From a virus, in the IMG/VR virus record IMGVR_UViG_3300027763_000026: DNA of 64,000 bases; one strand, written 5' to 3'. The translations under genes and the position numbers were made by a program. The notes under the pieces are model-generated. The model was not told the DNA's origin and ran no database searches. It saw nothing but the letters and a program-made list of their open reading frames with translations. How positions within the stretch are numbered: position 1 is the first letter of the stretch; each line of letters begins with the position of its first letter. Shown in pieces: positions 58,107-64,000 of the stretch.

Positions 58107-60017
58107 ATGAAGAAAAAAAAGATACTATATCAATCTGATTTTGCTTTAGCGAAAACTGGATTCGCTAAAATTGCTAAAAATTTATTAACGTATTTGTATA
58201 ATACTGGCAAATATGAAGTTGTACAATATTGCTGTGGTTTACAGTACTCTAATCCAGAACTCAAGAGGACTCCCTGGAAATCAATCGGGGCTCTTCCAGA
58301 TAGTTCGCAAGAAATGCAAGAGTTAAATAAAGACCCTAATAACGCTAGATTAGCTAGTTATGGAGCTTATCTTTTGGACAGGGTCATTAACGAAGAAAAA
58401 CCAGATGTATATATCGCTGCGCAAGATATTTGGGGAATAGATTTTGCAATAGAGAAAAAATGGTTTGATAAAATCGGTTCGATTTTATGGACCACTTTAG
58501 ATTCCTTACCGATTCTACCTACCGCGCTTCAAAAAGCTCCGAAGATTAAAAACTATTGGATATGGAGTGATTTTGCTACAAAAGAATTAAATAGATTAGG
58601 GCATCCACATGTAAAGACTGTGCATGGGCCACTTGATACAAGTCATTTTTTTAAACTAGAAGACTGTAAAAGAAAAGCGCTTAGGAAAAAATTCAATATA
58701 GAAGAAGACGCATTTATAGTTGGATTTGTATTTAGAAATCAATTGAGGAAAAGTGTTCCGAATTTGTTAGAAGGTTACGCTTTATGGAAAAAAGAAAATC
58801 CGCAGGTGAAAAGTTATTTACTTTTGCACACTCATTGGGGTGAAGGATGGAATATTCATAAATTGGCAGATGAGTATGGAATAGACAAAAGAGAAATTTT
58901 AACAACATATATTTGTAAAAAATGCTCACAATACGAAGTAAAACCTTTCTACGGCCATGACTTGAATTGCAGATTTTGTGGTTCAGAGAAGTCTCAAGTG
59001 ACTTCAAATGTATCAATTGGTGTTGATGAAAGTCAACTAAATGAAATATATAATTTAATGGACGTGTACTGCCATCCATTTACTAGCGGGGGACAAGAGA
59101 TACCAATTCAAGAGGCTAAATTAGCAGAACTAATTACATTAGTAACGAATTATAGCTGTGGAGAAGATCTGTGCGTGGATGATGCAGGGACGCTCTCATT
59201 GGAGTGGTTTGAATATAGAGAGCATGGAACAGAATTTAAAAAAGCTTCAACTGATCCAATTTCAATTGCAAAAAACTTAAATAAAGCTTTTAAAATGACT
59301 CCTGAAGAAAGAGCTCTACTTGGTAAAAAAGCTAGAGAATGGACCATTGAAAATTATTCCATAGAAAAGATAGGTAAAATTTTTGAATCATTTATAGACA
59401 ATACCCCAGAAGCAGATTTTGGTTCAATAGAAAAAGAAGAACTTAGAGACCCATTTTGTCAGATACCAACAATTGAGGATAATTCCGAGTGGTTAGTTTT
59501 TATGTATCATAATATTTTGAAAATGAAAAATGTTGATGCAAAAGACAGTGGTCATCAATATTGGATGCAAGAATTAGAAAAAGGTACAAAAAGGCAAGAC
59601 ATAGAAAATTATTTTAGGCAGGTGGCCACGAAAGAGAACCAGCAAATGAAAAAAGTTGACTTTCAAGAGCTTTTAGATAAAGATGACGAAGGCAAAAGAA
59701 TGGTTTACGTAATTCCAGAATCAGCAGAAGATGTTTTCTTGTCCACCAGTCTTTTTAAAAATCTTAAAAAACAATATCCGAATTATAAGTTGTATGTAGC
59801 GACGAAAGAAGAGTACTTTTCTATATTAAAGGGTAATAAATATGTTGATAAAATCATACAATATTTTCCTCAGATGGATCAATTATTTTGGTTAGAAGGT
59901 ATTGGAGAACATAAAGGCTTTTTTGAAATAGCATTTTTACCTTACTTAGGAACGCAAAGAATAATGGACTATAGCCATAACGGTAAAACAAAAATAGAAT
60001 TCGCACTAAATAATTAG
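58107..60017 (+). CDS. GT-B (family 4-like) glycosyltransferase with Zn-finger insert and GT9-like C-terminal part
   Basis: RNQLRKS, CKKC...CRFC, GQEIPIQEA, PESAEDVFL. Confidence 0.75.
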   Translation: MKKKKILYQSDFALAKTGFAKIAKNLLTYLYNTGKYEVVQYCCGLQYSNPELKRTPWKSIGALPDSSQEMQELNKDPNNARLASYGAYLLDRVINEEKPDVYIAAQDIWGIDFAIEKKWFDKIGSILWTTLDSLPILPTALQKAPKIKNYWIWSDFATKELNRLGHPHVKTVHGPLDTSHFFKLEDCKRKALRKKFNIEEDAFIVGFVFRNQLRKSVPNLLEGYALWKKENPQVKSYLLLHTHWGEGWNIHKLADEYGIDKREILTTYICKKCSQYEVKPFYGHDLNCRFCGSEKSQVTSNVSIGVDESQLNEIYNLMDVYCHPFTSGGQEIPIQEAKLAELITLVTNYSCGEDLCVDDAGTLSLEWFEYREHGTEFKKASTDPISIAKNLNKAFKMTPEERALLGKKAREWTIENYSIEKIGKIFESFIDNTPEADFGSIEKEELRDPFCQIPTIEDNSEWLVFMYHNILKMKNVDAKDSGHQYWMQELEKGTKRQDIENYFRQVATKENQQMKKVDFQELLDKDDEGKRMVYVIPESAEDVFLSTSLFKNLKKQYPNYKLYVATKEEYFSILKGNKYVDKIIQYFPQMDQLFWLEGIGEHKGFFEIAFLPYLGTQRIMDYSHNGKTKIEFALNN

Positions 60018-60028
60018 TAAGATTAATT

Positions 60029-61183
60029 ATGCATTTAATAGAAAGATACGCTACTTCGTGCGGAATAAAAATAAATAAACCAGACATTTATCAAAAATAC
60101 CTGCCAATTCCTTACGAGAAATATATAGTATTTTATCCACAAAATATAAAAAATGCAGCCGAATACGCTCATTGGCAAATAGTTATTGATACCGTTTCTC
60201 AGTTTTTAACTCCTCAAAAGATTTACATACTCCAAATTGGAAATAAAGATTCCAAGAAATACACTAACTGCGCTTTTTTAGACGAAGCATCGGTTGATTT
60301 CCAAAACATGGCTTATATCATTAAAAATTCCGAACTGGTCTTAGGCGTAGATTCTATTAATAATCATATAGCCTCATCTTTTAATAAAAAAATAGTTGCG
60401 CTTTATTATAATATTAATTTGCAAAACGTTAAACCATATTGGGGAGATGAATCCAACCAGAAGATACTGTACCCTAAAGTTTCAACAAAACCATTTTATG
60501 GGTCAAATAACATTCATAAATCTATTAATCTTATAAATCCAGAGGAAATATGCAAATCTATTCTGGCGCTATTGAATATAAAGTATAATCAAATGATTAA
60601 TACTCTTTTCATTGGTGAAAATTTCAATAATAGAACATTAGACGTAGTCCCAGATGGACCTATGGAGATACAGACGTTAAATATTCAAAATTTAATAGTA
60701 AGGATGGATTTAAAATTTGATGAGGATATATTAAATAATCTTTTAACTCATAAAAAATGCATTATAATAACTAAAAAACAAATCAGTATAGACTTAATAA
60801 ATCGACACAAACAAAACATATTGCAAATTGTCTATATATTAGACAAAGATAACGATTTTGAATTTGTAAGGTTTATTAAAGCAGCCAATATCCAGTACGT
60901 GTTACTGTCCGAAGAATCAGATGAGACGATTAATAATTTTAAATTAAAATATATGGACTACGGTTTAATACATAAAAAAAATAAAAATGTAAAGAATTTC
61001 ACGCTTCCGAAAGATAAAAAAGCATTCTTTAGGTGCTCTAAACTTTATTTTTCATCCAAAGGAGTATTTAATGGTAAATATGCATGGCTGAATGATATAA
61101 AAAATTCACAAGATGTAACTGATGATAAAGTATTTTGGGAGGATATGCAGGATTTTCATATTTTCACTATTGACAATTTATAA
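60029..61183 (+). CDS. GT9 (heptosyltransferase)-like protein
   Basis: ILQIG, LVLGVDS..HIASSF...VAL. Confidence 0.65.
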   Translation: MHLIERYATSCGIKINKPDIYQKYLPIPYEKYIVFYPQNIKNAAEYAHWQIVIDTVSQFLTPQKIYILQIGNKDSKKYTNCAFLDEASVDFQNMAYIIKNSELVLGVDSINNHIASSFNKKIVALYYNINLQNVKPYWGDESNQKILYPKVSTKPFYGSNNIHKSINLINPEEICKSILALLNIKYNQMINTLFIGENFNNRTLDVVPDGPMEIQTLNIQNLIVRMDLKFDEDILNNLLTHKKCIIITKKQISIDLINRHKQNILQIVYILDKDNDFEFVRFIKAANIQYVLLSEESDETINNFKLKYMDYGLIHKKNKNVKNFTLPKDKKAFFRCSKLYFSSKGVFNGKYAWLNDIKNSQDVTDDKVFWEDMQDFHIFTIDNL

Positions 61184-61198
61184 TATAGCTGGTACACT
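61170..61198 (+). promoter_or_regulatory. Sigma-70 promoter, leaderless
   Basis: TTGACA-17-TACACT-6-ATG(61205). Confidence 0.75.
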
Positions 61199-61204
61199 TA
61201 TAGG

Positions 61205-62002
61205 ATGAGTCAAAAAATCAAAGACAACGAAGAAACTGTTTCAATTGGTAGTCAAACCCTTAAGGATGTTAATTTTAAATTAAATTCAATTATACCTAAA
61301 GTAGTACCTCCAAATATTATTACTAGGAACCAATACGGTCTTGTAGATGACTCTAATTTAAATTACGTCTTTAACGAGGACGGCTCAATCAACTGGCGTA
61401 AAATGGTAAAGATAGAGTACCTTGTGCCAAATCGTCAGAAAACACAAGAAACAGATGTATCAAAAATGGAAGATAAAGATCTTCTTATACTTTTAGGCGG
61501 AATTAAGGAACTGGCCCAAATTCGTGGGTATACAAAAGTAGAGTATAATGTTATTTCCGCTAGCGAAACATACTTTGCGACAAGCTGCCGTATAACGTGG
61601 ATTCCAAATTATGAAACAGATGGTAGAGAAATCGTATTCGAAGCTCTCGCTGATGCAACATATAATAATACAAAATCTTTTGCTAGATTTTTTCTAGCTG
61701 CAATCGCAGAAAATAGAGCCTTTGTGCGGTGCGTTCGCAATTTTCTTAAAATTAATATTGTGAGCCAAGAAGAGCTCGGAGATACTAAGCTTCTTAATGA
61801 GGCAATTAGCGTCAATGAGAGTCAAACTTCACCATATATTGTTTTAGAAAAAGTTATGAAGGATAAAGGCGTAACATTTGAAATCTTAAAAAATAAGTTG
61901 ATAAAAGAAAAGTTCGATAAGGCTGAGAGTTTAAACTCTGTTAATGATATTCCTAAAGTAAAAATATTTGAGCTTATAGAAAGAATTAAAAAATCTAAAT
62001 AA
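61205..62002 (+). CDS. Putative Rad52/Sak-like single-strand annealing protein
   Basis: LGGIKELAQIRG...AIAENRAFVRCVRNFLKI resembles the Rad52-family terminal helix. Confidence 0.4.
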   Translation: MSQKIKDNEETVSIGSQTLKDVNFKLNSIIPKVVPPNIITRNQYGLVDDSNLNYVFNEDGSINWRKMVKIEYLVPNRQKTQETDVSKMEDKDLLILLGGIKELAQIRGYTKVEYNVISASETYFATSCRITWIPNYETDGREIVFEALADATYNNTKSFARFFLAAIAENRAFVRCVRNFLKINIVSQEELGDTKLLNEAISVNESQTSPYIVLEKVMKDKGVTFEILKNKLIKEKFDKAESLNSVNDIPKVKIFELIERIKKSK

Positions 62003-63427
62003 TTAACCCGCTGGGCCAGATACATCAGACCCAACAACAGGATTGTTAGTAGTGTCATTTTTGTTATAAGGATTCAAAAATCCACTTATACCATGAATTC
62101 TCATTCTTGCTCGATATCCATAAGTAACATCACCAAAGAAAAGATATTTAGCTGCACCCTCTAAATAACCTAGTGGGCCAGGAGAACCTTGATTTAAAAC
62201 TGGGTCATTTCCCAAAATAATTCCTATTAGACCGTTTTGGCCAACCCCTCCTGGGTTAATTGATGCTGATGGAGGGGTGCCTTGATCTCCAACCTGGCCC
62301 TGAAAACCAATAGCGTTTGGATATGGACCTGGATTCTGAATCCCTTGTGATCCTATAGACCCTCGTTGAGAAGCTGAATCGGGTGCAGTAGCTCCTTTTG
62401 CCCCAACAGGTCCTGCTATGAGATTTATGTTTATACTTGAAGATGGGCCTTGATCTCCCGCACTACCATTTGCAAAAGATGCTTGCCCGCCCAATCCAAT
62501 AGTTCCAGCTGCTCCTGGAGAAGTTGATTCTAAACCATTAGAACCATTATCTCCTCGTACACTTTCACCTTCTAAGCCTACAGATGCAATTGCTGTAGAA
62601 GGATTTCCTTGTAGTCCGATTTGACCAAAAGAACCTCCTTCGCTAGAACCATCCCCATTGACCCCTTGAGAACCTTTCACAGCTGCACCTTCTAAACCTT
62701 TAAATCCGCCATCTCCTCGTACACTTTCACCTTCTAAGCCTACGGGCCCAGAGCCAATATATCTAATTCCATCTAGACCTATACTTCCATTTCCGCCTAT
62801 TACGCTTGTTCCTCCTAAACCTATTGAACCACCTCCACCGCCTACACCGCCTACACCACCTCCACCGCCTGCACCACCTCCACCACCCTCACCAAATTCC
62901 CCAGAACCACAACATTTTAATAATATTTCTTTTGTTGATAGAATTTTTATACAAGTTTGTTCTGTTTCATTTGGATTAAATTTTATGCATCTAAATTTTG
63001 CTTCTTTACCATTTGGTATGTCTGATGTATTTATTAATATATCTTTTGTATTAGAATTTAATAAATTTATATTGCTTCTACTAAAGTCTGTGTGTAGATT
63101 AATTTCATTAAATATTCCATTGTTAGCATTTAATAAATTTAAATCTAAATATTGATTAGAAGAGTTAAGTTCAATAGAGAATTCATTTCCTGGAGTTGTA
63201 GTTTTTTGAGCAAAATAATTGTTATTATAATCTGTAAATATTTTTGTATTATTGAAAGACCCATTTATTCCAGTATCTATTGGCAAATTAGAATTAAAAT
63301 TTATTTGATTTACGGCACATTGATCTAGTTTACTATTGATATATAAACTGTGAAGATTAGAGCCAGTTATATATCTATCCCAGCATATCCCCCCAAGATC
63401 TTGGATTTGTTTTAAAACATTTGGCAT
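62003..63427 (-). CDS. Fibre-like protein: Asn-rich head, poly-Gly hinge, interrupted Gly-X-Y repeats
   Basis: GxxGxxG units about every 15 aa; exact 33-bp repeat at 62549-62581 and 62711-62743; start reassigned to ATG 63427 just after the upstream stop. Confidence 0.75.
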   Translation of the reverse strand: MPNVLKQIQDLGGICWDRYITGSNLHSLYINSKLDQCAVNQINFNSNLPIDTGINGSFNNTKIFTDYNNNYFAQKTTTPGNEFSIELNSSNQYLDLNLLNANNGIFNEINLHTDFSRSNINLLNSNTKDILINTSDIPNGKEAKFRCIKFNPNETEQTCIKILSTKEILLKCCGSGEFGEGGGGGAGGGGGVGGVGGGGGSIGLGGTSVIGGNGSIGLDGIRYIGSGPVGLEGESVRGDGGFKGLEGAAVKGSQGVNGDGSSEGGSFGQIGLQGNPSTAIASVGLEGESVRGDNGSNGLESTSPGAAGTIGLGGQASFANGSAGDQGPSSSININLIAGPVGAKGATAPDSASQRGSIGSQGIQNPGPYPNAIGFQGQVGDQGTPPSASINPGGVGQNGLIGIILGNDPVLNQGSPGPLGYLEGAAKYLFFGDVTYGYRARMRIHGISGFLNPYNKNDTTNNPVVGSDVSGPAG

Positions 63428-63429
63428 GA

Positions 63430-64000
63430 TTATATTCCTGCAAATAAATAAACATATCTCATTTGCCCGCCTACGCATACATACATTCTTCTAGGCGAAA
63501 ATGTTACTCCTCCATAAACAAAAGTATTTCCAATTAAAAATCCAGTTGACCCAGTAGCGCCAGTAGCTCCTCTTGGCCCAGTAGCCCCCGTTGCACCAGT
63601 TGCCCCAGTAGCTCCAGTAGATCCAGTTGCCCCAGTAGCTCCAGTGTTTCCTTTGGGTCCAGTTGAACCAGTTATAGCTATTGCAATCCCTTGTGGTCCT
63701 GTTGCTCCAGTCGCTCCAGTCGCTCCAGTCGCTCCAGTCGCTCCAGTTGTTCCAGGAAGTCCAACTAATACTGGGCCTGTAGCTCCAGTAGAACCTTTTG
63801 GTCCTGTAGCTCCAGTAGGCCCAGTTGCTCCAGTAGCTCCAGTAGGCCCAGTTGCCCCAGTAGCCCCAGTTGCTCCAGTAGATCCTTTGGGTCCTGTCGC
63901 ACCACTAGCACCAGTTGCCCCAGTAGCCCCAGTAGCCCCAGTTGCTCCAGTAGCCCCAGTTGCTCCTTTTGTGCCAGCAGGCCCTGTTGCACCAGTTGCC
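63430..64000 (-). CDS. Collagen-like (Gly-Ala-Thr)n protein; 5' end lies beyond the window
   Basis: Not in the ORF track. Frame reads [13 protein letters not shown]...[12 protein letters not shown]...YLFAGI* with TAA at 63432-63430; 9-bp tandem repeats. Confidence 0.85.
   Translation of the reverse strand, partial: ATGATGPAGTKGATGATGATGATGATGATGASGATGPKGSTGATGATGATGPTGATGATGPTGATGPKGSTGATGPVLVGLPGTTGATGATGATGATGATGPQGIAIAITGSTGPKGNTGATGATGSTGATGATGATGATGPRGATGATGSTGFLIGNTFVYGGVTFSPRRMYVCVGGQMRYVYLFAGI

Noticed and set aside
625-63992. Short antisense or alternate-frame ORFs in the track (e.g. 2830, 3338, 4205, 8461, 20742, 24127, 24604, 47570, 58732, 63765)
   Set aside because: They lie inside well-supported genes on the other strand or frame and show no motifs. 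They are shadows of Gly/Thr/Cys-rich or repetitive coding sequence.
1-64000. Stop-codon reassignment (TAG or TGA recoding seen in some large phages)
   Set aside because: Conserved enzymes are full length in the standard code and coding density is already high; no suppressor tRNA was seen.
1-64000. CRISPR array or Cas system
   Set aside because: No regularly spaced repeat-spacer array. The Cas4-like nuclease sits in the replication operon with no other cas genes.
1-64000. Eukaryotic giant virus (NCLDV) origin suggested by SET, collagen, GT15 and Cys-rich genes
   Set aside because: tmRNA, sigma-70 promoters, a sigma factor, DnaE, DnaB, DnaG-like primase and PEP-CTERM/prepilin genes all require bacterial machinery.

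Overview
This AT-rich, gene-dense 64 kb window is most consistent with part of a large (jumbo/huge) bacteriophage genome. No capsid, terminase or ribosomal genes are in the window, so the phage call rests on gene content: tmRNA, a free-standing HNH, a phage-type sigma factor, nrdAB, thyX, dNMP kinase, dCMP deaminase, RecA/DnaB/primase, a split family-C DNA polymerase and collagen-like fibres. Three PEP-CTERM-type genes and an H-X9-DG prepilin point to a PVC host, probably Verrucomicrobia. Layout: 1-7.4 kb modification enzymes, a Cys-rich protein and a SET protein; 7.4-8.5 kb tmRNA plus HNH; 8.5-19.5 kb redox, nucleotide metabolism, sigma factor and RNR; 19.6-19.9 kb an unexplained GC-rich structured RNA-like element; 20.7-32.7 kb probable virion and host-surface genes; 32.8-47.1 kb a large glycan-synthesis island; 47.1-62 kb replication/recombination core; 62-64 kb collagen-like genes. 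Best leads: (1) a PEP-CTERM array in which a repeated ~214-bp AT-rich scaffold flanks a GC-rich passenger domain, suggesting capture or swapping of host surface-protein modules; (2) the ~280-nt structured RNA with its own promoter upstream of nrdA; (3) a possible G-to-A and C-to-T nucleotide rebalancing pathway; (4) two promoter classes that both appear to give leaderless mRNAs; (5) a glycosylation system with plausible Thr-rich substrates. All family calls come from motif recognition by eye; no database search was run.
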